Origin: Leucoraja erinacea
Taxonomy: Eukaryota
NCBI RefSeq assembly: GCF_028641065.1
Contig: NC_073410.1
Location: 558,001 to 622,000, forward strand
Direction of reading: 5' to 3'
DNA: 64,000 bases
Shown here: positions 11,197 through 20,790 of the stretch, in pieces
How positions within the stretch are numbered: the stretch's first letter is position 1
Layout: each line of letters opens with the position of its first letter
Position numbers and translations under genes: made by a program
The notes under the pieces: generated by a model
What the model was told of the DNA's origin: nothing
Databases searched by the model: none
Seen by the model: only the letters and a program-made list of their open reading frames with translations

Positions 11197-11218
11197 AAAG
11201 AAAGACGATTGTTTTTAT

Positions 11219-11349
11219 GTTTAAGAAGGAACTGCAGATGCTGGGAAATCGAAGGTAGACAAAAATGCTGGAGAAACTCAGCGGGTGCAGCAGCATCTAT
11301 GGAGCGAAGGAAATAGGCAACGTTTCGGGCCGAAACCCTTCTTCAGACT
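11219..11349 (-). mobile_element. 131-bp hammerhead-bearing Penelope-derived element flanked by a perfect 15-bp target-site duplication
   Basis: TSD GACGATTGTTTTTAT at 11204-11218 and 11350-11364. The minus-strand element begins agtCTGAAGAagggtttcggcccGAAACGTT and ends cagttccttcttaaac. Confidence 0.85.
11319..11346 (-). ncRNA. Minimal type-I hammerhead ribozyme motif (intact core, subfamily B)
   Basis: CUGAAGA-A-GGGU(UUCG)GCCC-GAAA-CGUU. Confidence 0.65.
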
Positions 11350-11769
11350 GACGATTGTTTTTATATTTAGTAAACGGTCAGGTTGCAAGCAGAGTCCTGG
11401 CTGTTACAGACAGTCTGTACTGTCCGAGTCCACGCTCGCTTCATCACCCTGAATCAAAGAGGTGAACATGGCTATGTTATAATTAGACTGAAGTCTAATA
11501 CGGAGTCTGAAAGAAGGTTATAAAATGCTTTCCCCTTTACCACTGTGACAGGCGCTTCTGTAATTGTGGGACAGAAAGGTCAGAACAAATAGGTGGGCTT
11601 GGTTGTGGCCGTGTTACGGCGCGGACCCTTCTCATCCGCGCCCACAATGGGATCCTGAATAAACAAGTATTAAATCTTCTCTTCACAATGAACTGCCCGG
11701 CTGTGAAAAGGAGTTGGGTTTGGGGAGTAGGTTGTGTGAGCGGCAGAGAGAGAGAGAGAGAGACAGTAA

Positions 11770-12100
11770 ATGAGCGGAGTTTGAACGTCTTTTGTTGGGG
11801 GCTTGTTTAATGGGGCGGAAAATGCAATTGCACTTTCCTCGCTGCGAAAGGCGCGTTGAGGGCATCATAAATTAGCTGCCGTGAGATACTGTCTTTGTGT
11901 AGCCGGCGCGGGCCGAGTCCAGCCGCGTCTAAACTGCAGGCGCCCGGAGATAATCACGGGCCGTTTCACTGACTGGGGACAAGCCCCCGGTGATGGCGTC
12001 CCGGCACCGTCCACAAGGGGCAAGTAGCCAGCCAGCCGGCCGAGCGGCCTCCGCTTCTCTGCCTCGTCTCTCTGCAGTTTGGCACATGGCTCCTGTCACA
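11770..12100. promoter_or_regulatory. Candidate BMP/Wnt-responsive enhancer (CpG-rich, non-repetitive)
   Basis: GCCGGCGC 11902-11909, GTCT 11927-11930, GGCGCC 11939-11944, CTTTGT 11893-11898, CATAAATTAG ~11866-11875. Confidence 0.4.
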
Positions 12101-12369
12101 GTGGCTCCACATTCAGCCCAATCCCTCGTTCCCACTCGGTGTCGAGGCTCACAGCTGCTCGGCGGCTCCAGACTCCCGCGGCAGGTGAACCCGCGCCGCA
12201 GCCACTCGCACTCAAAGCCTTTCACACACTCACTCGGAATGTGACTTTGTTCAGAATGTGACAATGGGCGTCCGCACTCAATATGCAGATTCGCCGCATT
12301 CCGCCTTCGCCTCGCCACAGGAACCCGCACGGGCCCGGCCTCAGCGGTCAAAGGTGTGGAGCCAAGCCG

Positions 12370-13985
12370 GAGCTGCCCCCCTCACCCTGCCCCTCACCTC
12401 ACCCCTCACCTCACCCTGCCCCACTCACCCCCCCACCCCTCACCCCCCCCTCGCCCCTCACCCTGCCCCCACTCCCCCCTCACCCCTCCCCCCCCTGCCC
12501 CCCCTCACCCCACTCAACCCCCCCCCCCCCGCCCCCACACCTGCCCCTGCCCCCTCACCCCACACCCCTCCCCCTGCCCCCACACCCCTCACCCTGCCCC
12601 CACTCTGCCCCCTCACCCCTCACCCTGCCCCCTCACCCCTCACCCTGCCCCACCCTGCCCCCCACTGCCCCCTCACCCCTCCCCTGCCCCCTCACCCCCC
12701 CTCACCCCCTCACCCTGCCCCCTCTGCCCCCCCTGCCCCCACACCCTGCCCCCTCGCCCCCTCACCCTGCCCCCCCCCTCACCCCCCCCTCCCCCCCCCC
12801 CCCACCTCACCCCCCCCCCCCCCCCCCCACCCCCCCCCCCCCCCACCCCCTCCCCCTACCCCTCACCCTCCCCCTCCCCCTCACCCTCCCCCTCACCCCC
12901 CCCCTGCCCCTCACCCCCCCCCCCCCCCCCTCACCCTCACCCTCACCCTAGCCCTCCCCCTCACCCTCACCCTCACCCTCACCCTAACCCTAACCCTAAC
13001 CCTAACCCTAACCCTAACCCTCCCCCTCCCCCTCACCCTCCCCCTCACCCCTGCCCCCCCCCTAAACACCCTGCCCCCCTCACCCCTCACCCTGGCCCCC
13101 TCACCCCTCACCCCTCCCCCCCCACCCCCACCCCTGCACCCCTCACCCTGCCCCCTCACACCCCACCCCCTGCCCCCTCACCCCCCCCCACCCTGCCCCC
13201 ACCTCACCCTCACCCTGCCCCCCCTCACCCTGCCCCCTCACCCTCACCTCAACACCCTCACCCTGCCCCCCCTCACCCCTCCACCCCCTCACCCTCACCC
13301 CCCCACCCTGCCCCCTGCCCCCTCACCCTCCCCCCCCTGCCCCCTCCCCTCCCCTCCCCTGCCCCCTCACCCTCACACCTGCCCCCTCACCCTGCCCCCT
13401 CACACCCTCACCCTGCCCCCCTCACCCTGCCCTCTCACCCCTCACCCTGCCCCCTCCCCACCCCCCTCACCATGCCCCTCTCACCCCTCACCCTGCCCCC
13501 CACACCCTGCCCTCTCACCCCCCTCACCCTGGGCCCCCTCACCCTGGCCCCTCACCCTCACCCCTCACCCCAACCCCCCCCCCCCCTCACCCTGCCCCCT
13601 CCCCCTGCCCCCCCACCCCACACCCCTCACCCTGCCCCCCCCCCCTCCAAACCCCTCACCCCCTGCCCCCCCCACCCTGCCCCCTCCCCCTCCCCACACA
13701 CCCCTCACCCTGCCCCTCCCCCTCACCCTGTACCCTCCCCCCACACCCTCCCCCTCACCCCACCCCCTGCCCCTCACCCTGCCCTCTCACCCCTCACCCT
13801 GCCCCCTCACCCTGCCCCCTCACCCCTCCCCCTGCCCCCTCACCCTGCCCCCTCACCCCACACCCCCTGCCCCCTCACCCCTGCCCCCTCACCCTGCCCT
13901 CTCACCCCTCACCCTGCCCCCTCACCCTGCCCCCTCACCCCTCCCCCTGCCCCCTCACCCCTCACCCCTCACCCTGCCCACTCCC
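12370..13985 (+). repeat. 1.6-kb C-rich satellite of CCCTCA/CCCTGC-type units with embedded (CCCTAA)6 at 12982-13017
   Basis: Read directly; the G-rich strand is the minus strand. Confidence 0.95.
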
Positions 13986-14029
13986 CCTTTACGTTTACAA
14001 ACCTTCCTGCTTCTAGAGGGATCTTACCA

Positions 14030-14480
14030 CAAATGGACGGATATGTGAACAGAATGGGTTTAGATGGATATGGGCCAAACGCGGGCAAATAAGACTAGCC
14101 CAGTATGCCAACTAGGTGGGCATGGACAAAGTGGGCCGAAGGGCCTGTTTCCATGCTGAAGGGCTCAGTAACTCTGTATCCTGGAATATGACATAACATT
14201 CTTCAGCTCTGGGACAAATTGGGAAGTGATCGTGAAATGTGGTTATTATCTGGAGCTGGATGATGTGGGACTTGCTGCGGTTAATTGGGACCAAATGTTG
14301 GACGTGTGGGGAATGTGTGGGTTGGTCACAGGCACATGGGGATTACAGTCAGGAAACAATGATGCAGCTTTATAGGACTTGTGGACGCCCCGGTGCAGGG
14401 AGGACGTGGAGGATTTGGAGAGGGCGATGTTTACCAGAATAATGCGCGAATTAGGGGGTATTAGCTACAGGGAGGTTGCT
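14030..14480 (+). mobile_element. CR1 fragments (3' tail at ~14030-14160 and degenerate RT segment at ~14345-14480)
   Basis: ggatatgggccaaacgcgggcaaat...gggccgaagggcctgtttcc; peptide EDVEDLERAMFTRIMRELGGISYRE. Confidence 0.65.
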
Positions 14481-14499
14481 GGGAGATCAGATAGAAGCC

Positions 14500-14725
14500 T
14501 CCCCTTACTCTCTCTCCCCCTCACTCCCTCTACTCCCTCACCCTCTACTCCCTCACTCTCTCTACCCCCTGATCCTCTACTCCCTCACTCTCTCACTCCC
14601 TCACCCTCTACTCCCTCACTCCCTCTACCCCTCACCCTCTCTACCCCTCACTCTCTCTACCCCTCGCCCTCTCTACCCCTCACCATCTACCCCTCGCCCT
14701 CTCTACCCCTCACCATCTACCTCTC
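14500..14725 (+). repeat. CT-rich minisatellite (ccctctact/ccctcac units)
   Basis: Read directly. Confidence 0.85.
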
Positions 14726-15644
14726 TCCGCTCTCTTGGCTGAAGACCATGTTCCTGTGCTGTTTATGTCCCAATGTTTAACCGTCAGTGTGAACACTCTA
14801 GAAACACAACTCCCCCGAACCGCAGTGTGAGTGCAGTCGGCAGATGGTGCTGGCTTTGTCCACATGTGGACGCTGGTCCCCTGGAGAGGACGGACTTTAC
14901 ACCTGGCAACAGTCCTCTATCTACCTACCCCTGCCGTATACTATCCACCAGCCCCTTCCTTCCAACAACAGCCCTGGAAACTCTGATCCACTTCCCAATT
15001 CCAGAATGGTGCCTCCTGCCAAACCGGGAATCATGTAGTTGAAATAACTGCAGATGATGGTTTAAATCGGTCTACCTGCAGTAATATCTGGCAGGGTTTG
15101 GTGCTGGGGGGGGGGGGGGGGGGGGGGAGATAATATCACTTCATTTGTTTCCCCTTTGGATATTTCCCCGGCTATTTTCTCTCATCTTTACTTCTTTATG
15201 TTCAAGGTCAAAGATCAACCACAACAAATCACTGACACCTGGAATCTGGTAAAATAGAACTCCAGGAATTGAGACAGCAACCTAATGCAGCAAGATTGCA
15301 AAAAGGGTTTTGGTTTTTCCATAAACCCGTACCCTGTGAATATCAGGAATTCTGCTGAGTGGGCGCTTTATTAAAATTATAGGTGTGCAATAACAGTTAA
15401 GGATTTGCCAGGCGACCGGCTCCAGGCTGTGATTAGTCCGATAATTGGACCCAGGGAAGTATTCTGGAAGACAAGCCTCATCGCCAAGGCACGGAAACTG
15501 ACAGATCAGGTTCTGGTCAATGGGGTTAGCATAAATGGCTACTTGATGGTCGGCATGAACACGTTGGGCCGAAGGGCCTGATTCTGTGCCGTGGAGTCCC
15601 TTGTGGAGAGGAGAGTGCAGGGAAGCCAACAGAATGAATCATTG

Positions 15645-15995
15645 GACACAAGTAACTGCAGTTGCTGGTTTACAAAAAAAAGACACAAAGTGCTGGAGTA
15701 ACTCAGCGGGCCAGGCAGCATCTGTGGATAAAGTGGACAGGTGACGTTTTGGTTCAAGACCATTCACGTCCTGTAATAAATGCTGCCTGACCCAATGAGT
15801 TACTCCAACACTTTGTGTCATAGAATGAATTCTCTTGTACACAGATCGGTCTGAGTCCAAGCGTCTTGCCGGTTGCACAATCCCAACTCTGCCACCAGAG
15901 GGAGATGCTGGGCCGATTACAGATGTTGGAGTAACTCAGTGGGACGGGCAGCATCTCTGGAGAGAAGTTTCGGGTCGAGACCCTTCTTCAGATTG
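15645..15995. mobile_element. Penelope-derived elements (palindromic pair ~15650-15820 and a minus-strand unit ~15925-15993)
   Basis: aactgcag...gctggagtaactcagcgggccaggcagcatc / tgctgcctgacccaatgagttactccaacac; gtttcgggtcgagacccttcttcag. Confidence 0.7.
15874..15906 (+). promoter_or_regulatory. Candidate CTCF site (core TGCCACCAGAGGGAG with an upstream TGCA..TCCC module)
   Basis: Close match to the CCASYAGRKGGC core at 15892-15903, with a plausible upstream (ZF9-11) motif at 15874-15884. Confidence 0.55.
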
Positions 15996-16169
15996 TCTGA
16001 CCCAATGCCATTCCCTGTTGGTGCAGCTTTGCAGGCCCGACACACATATACATATACACTAATCAATAATACAATAAATAAATCGCGGTAATGGAGCGAT
16101 ATTATTATCGCTGTATAAAAGCAACATTCTGATAAAACAGTAACATGAACCTCGGCAACTGTGGCCTTG

Positions 16170-16322
16170 TATGGGCAGTGTCAGTGTCTATGGGCAGTGT
16201 CAGTGTCTATGGGCAGTGTCAGTGTCTATGGGCAGTGTCTATGGGCGGTGTCAGTGTCTATGGGCAGTGTCAGTCTATGGGCGGGCAGTGTCAGTGTCTA
16301 TGGGCAGTGTCAGTGTCTATGG
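16170..16322 (+). repeat. 19-bp minisatellite (TATGGGCAGTGTCAGTGTC)
   Basis: About 8 copies, some with internal deletions. Confidence 0.9.
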
Positions 16323-16624
16323 CTATTTGGGTGTATTTGGCTACATTATGGACTTCAGTTTGGAACTATGATGGTTACCTAGTATATAAAGATATACCAC
16401 ATATCACACAAGATAATATCCCCGTCACTCTAGAATTGGGGTGTGGAGGGGGGAGGGGAGGGGATCTATGTGTCACCAAAGACACGGTCCAGCGAAGTCC
16501 CGAGTGACTGAGCTGAGCCAGTGGTTCGGGCGGGGGAAGAGCCGCAGTTGAACGTGTATTGAAACCACTTGGTCCGCGACAGCAGAAAGGTGTCTCCTCC
16601 CGCTGAGGGGCTGAGCTGAGCAGC

Positions 16625-16800
16625 GTCGGGGCGGCTCTGGGCGGGTGGAGGAGGTTTGAGGCGGGTCAGGGCGGGTTGAGGAGGGTTGAGGCGGGTTGAG
16701 GCGGGTCAGGGCGGGTTGGGGGCGGCTCTGGGCGGGTGGGGGCGGGTTTGAGGGGGTCAGGGCGGTTTGAGGCGGATCTGGGCGAGTGGGGGCGGGTAGA
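16625..16800 (+). repeat. GGCGGG-rich low-complexity repeat
   Basis: More than 10 GGCGG(G) units. Confidence 0.8.
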
Positions 16801-17089
16801 TGCCGGTCGGAGAGCGGCAACATGTGGCAGTGCAGGCCATTTGGTGATGTTGGGGCCGCAGCCCATGATTAGCTAGGGTTAGTTCGACCATGCCAGAACC
16901 AGCGCTATGGCAACAGCAGCTGCCCTACAAAGAGCTGCAAATGCCCGGTGGGAGGCGGAGAGACAAAGTCGTATTTTATTTTCATGCAAATAGCTGATGG
17001 AAATAGTCAGGGATGAGTTAACAGATCTATAAAATATCTTAGAATTGTTACGTCAGGCTCGAGAGGGAATATCGTTGCCAAAATATAAG

Positions 17090-17797
17090 CAACTGTAGAC
17101 CGGTTTAAAACGAAGGAAGACACAGAATGCTGGAGGAACTCAGCGGGCCAGGCAGCATCTGTGGAGAGAAGGAATGGGTGATGTTTCAGGTCGAGACCCT
17201 TCTTCAGACTGATGTCAATGGAGGGGGCGGGACAGAGATAGAATGTAGTCGGAGACAGTAAGAACTGTGATGGGATGCTGCCTGACCCGCTGAGTTACTC
17301 CAGCACTCTGTGAAACGTCACCTATCCATGTTCTCCACAGATGCTGCCTGACCCGCTGAGTTACTCCAGCACTCTGTGACACGTCACCTAACCATGTTCT
17401 CCACAGATGCTGCCTGTCCCACTGAGTTATTCCAGCACTCTGTGAAACGTCACCTATCCATGTTAGAGTTTGATAGAGCTCTAGGGGTTAGTGGAATCAA
17501 GGGATATGGGGAGAAGGTAGGCACGGATTATTGATTGGGAACGATCAGCCATGATCACAATGAATGGCGGTGCTAGCTCGAAGGGCCGAATGGCCTCCTC
17601 CTGCACCTATTTTCTATGTTTCCACATATGCTGCCTGATCCGCTGAGTTACTCCAGCACTCTGTGAAACGTCACCTATCCATGTTCTCCACAGATGCTGC
17701 CTGACCCGCTGAGTTACTCCAGCACTCTGTGAAACGTCACCTATCCATGTTCTCCACAGATGCTGCCCGACCCGCTGAGTTACTCCAGCACTGTGTC
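17090..17797. mobile_element. Composite: Penelope-derived unit (minus, ~17090-17260), 66-bp tandem arrays (17274-17462, 17627-17797) and a nested CR1 3' end (17463-17620, plus)
   Basis: Repeated unit gatgctgcctgacccgctgagttactccagcactctgtgaaacgtcacctatccatgttctccaca; CR1 tail gaagggccgaatggcctcctcctgcacctattttctatgtt. Confidence 0.85.
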
Positions 17798-18649
17798 TCA
17801 TGTTGATGGAGTATGAGTTGTTTTCCCACGAAGGATGGAATGTTTGAAGATCAACTCTGTAGTGAGTGAGTGGAGACCAAGACTGTAGTGAGCGAGGGTG
17901 TGTCGAGTTGTACTGCGAGTGTGGACTCACGGAGTGGCGGTTGAGGCCTCTGTTCTGCTGCTGCAGCCTTTACAGGCCCATTAACGCAGTAACACAAATA
18001 AACTTACAACGGATTAACAATCAGTGATACTCTGTAACTAGACTATAATATTGTAAAACTGCTCCCCAGTTTAATGAATGACCAGTAAGTCAGGACACAG
18101 TTTGGCGTGTGGTGACTGCTGAATGTGGTGCAGTTCTAAGGATCAAGGGCCAGTCAAGGTGTTATTTTAGGAATACTAAACCACAGCCCTATAAATAGCC
18201 TCAACTAGAGACTTCCTTTCCCTTGTAGTGGTGACGGCCCTTGCTCCCGGCCCCGCTGGTGCTACCGCCCCCTGTTCACCAGTCTCACCCCTGCCCGAGC
18301 CCAGTGTGGGATGTTTCATGTGGGGAAGGCGGGTTTTCTGCTGCTGCTGCAGGGGCCAGGGCTGGCTGACGGAATGACACTGGACGTGGGTTGCCACATC
18401 AAAGGCCCAGCTTGTTACAGGCTGAGTAAACAAGTGACTACCTGCACTAACCAGGCCCCACGGAGCGCTGGGTTCAATGCAGCAGATGGCAAGAGACCAG
18501 TGCTTCCCCCAAAGTCATCCAAAGCCACATGGACGCTCAAATATTCTCAGGGCAAAGATGCAAACACAAAATGAATGATTTCTCGTTAACAGAAGTCTTT
18601 CTCTTTCCTTTTAATTGTTGTTCAGAATCTATGCTGGAAATCCTACGTG

Positions 18650-18980
18650 GAGTCATGGATCTGTATTGCAGGGAAACAGGCCCTTCTGCCCATCTTGTCC
18701 CTACTGTACGTCCCATCTGCCTGCGTTTGGCCCCTATCCCTTTAAACCCCTCCTATCCATATATATATCCAAATGCCTTTTAAAAGTCGTAATTGTATAA
18801 ACTTCTAAATGACGGCTGGTTCCAGATGCATTGTGGTGTATATAGGAGGGGGAACAGAGGTTTGGGAATGTGATACATTACCACAGGATGGATCAATTGA
18901 AATCATAAAACATAGAAAATAGGCGCAGGAGGAGGCCATTCGGCCCTTCGAGCCAGCACCGACATTCATGGTGATCATGC
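18650..18980 (-). mobile_element. Two CR1 3'-tail fragments
   Basis: aaacaggcccttctgccc...cctgcgtttggccc; aaacatagaaaataggcgcaggaggaggccattcggcccttcgagcc. Confidence 0.75.
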
Positions 18981-20329
18981 CAGGTAATGCAATGTACGTT
19001 GAGATCACAGCCGAGGCTGTTGTAGATGTAGATGGGGATATTATTGCATTGCCCCCTGAGTTGCTGCAGGCCCCAGGCTGAGCCTGAACAGGCCAATGAA
19101 CCCTTGGCCTTCTGCTCCCAAGGCCCACGGTCGGGGTGGTTAATTAACGTATGTAGCAACGAGGGAAAAGGCTGCAGCAACACAGGCTGTAAACAACAAC
19201 AACAACAATACATTAATAACCCCAACTCTAGAGCAATGGAACGTGGGCCAGAACTCAAGGGGGGTGGAGCGTGAAGGCGTGACGCTGGTGAGACCGCATC
19301 AGGAGACTCACAACTGATTTTCTGATCTTTAACTGCACTGTTTGTTGCAAAGGTCAAGTCACAAATAACTTCAAAGTTTTCTTCATAAAACTTTAATTTT
19401 TGTCTCGGTAGAAATATCTTGTTAAACTGTGTTTGGGGTTGGGGTAATGCCACGTGCAAGAAATATACTTCTGGAAACTTTCACTGGGATTCTCAATTCT
19501 GCTCTCTCTTGGTGGGTTCAGTATCTCTGAGAAATGAATATCGATTTGGTTATTGATACATTGGTGACAATTATCCTGCAGTATTAGTCACGTTGTATTG
19601 ATCACTTCTGTACCTGCGCTGTTCACTCTGTGAGCTGCACTTGAACAAGAAAGTTGGCTCGGTGTCTAGGGCAGGAAACGCATCTCAATCTGAAGTTAAA
19701 GTGACCAGGAAGGAGAACAAATACTCAGGAGTTAATTGTCATTTGCACCAGAAACAGAAACAATGACATTGTTACCTACTGCAGCTTTGCAGCCTCATTA
19801 TTGCAACAACAAATAAATATACAATACAAATATCAACTATCAGTAATATTAGATAACCAGACCAGAATAGTACAAACCACAATATGTAACGCGATCTATA
19901 CAACTCCATAGTAGATGGTAGAAGAGCTCGGGTTGTGATGAATGTTTTGATCATATTTACGCATTTCTATCAATTTTGGTCGTATTTAATGGAGTTGTGA
20001 TACGTTTATTCCAATGGACATTAAAGTTGTTATATAAATGTTAGACTTGCTAGAGTCTAGAGCAGCAATCAGGCTATTTGTTGTCTGCATTGGACTTGAT
20101 GCTCCCATACCTCAAAACCTCCTTGCTACTGTGAAAATGGTACTTCGGCCCAACACACCCATGCTGGCCCACGTGCTCCATCTACACTAGTCCCATTGCC
20201 TGTGTTTGACACTCGTCCCTCCCAGTCTATCCATGTATTCTTGCAAGCAAAGTGACAAGAAATATTACTCCAGGGAAGATGGGGGTTTTTATTTGTTTTG
20301 AGATCGAGAGCAGTAACTTACAGCCTGGA

Positions 20330-20790
20330 ACACTGTGTTGAAGTTTGGTCACTGTGCCTGAGGGTGGATATACTTGGAATAAATGGAGTGCAGGACAGGT
20401 ACATCAGATGGACACTGGCTAGAATCATTGTCCAGTGAAGAGGTTAATCTGACCAGGGCTGTCGGGTCAACAGTGGTGGAGAAAGAGGTGATACCTTTGA
20501 GATGGGATGATGCTGGGACTGAGGGGTTGAATACACAAGGTCAGAGGATCACAGTGAGGAGTCAACCATTCAGGATGTAGTTGAGAAGAAATATCTTCAG
20601 GGAGGCTGGTGAATCCTTGGAATTCTCACCACAAGAGGCAGAATCACTGTGCATTTTCCAGGCACCGATCGATGGATTTTCGGATATTTGGGGAATTAAG
20701 GGAAATGGTGTTTTATGCAGGAGGGTGGCACTGAGGTCAGAGTTCAGTTGTAATTCTGCTTCATGATAGTATGGCACCTGGACAGAATGG
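20330..20790 (+). mobile_element. Old degenerate CR1 3' region
   Basis: Degraded RGH/QRVVN-WNSL-type motifs (acaaggtcagagg...gtgaatccttggaattctcaccacaagaggc). Confidence 0.55.

Noticed and set aside
12258-14092. 500-600 aa proline-rich ORFs
   Set aside because: Translation of a stop-free C-rich satellite, open in several frames; no evidence of coding.
17274-17797. 66-bp arrays as a CRISPR array
   Set aside because: Units are contiguous with no unique spacers, the context is eukaryotic, and there are no cas genes.
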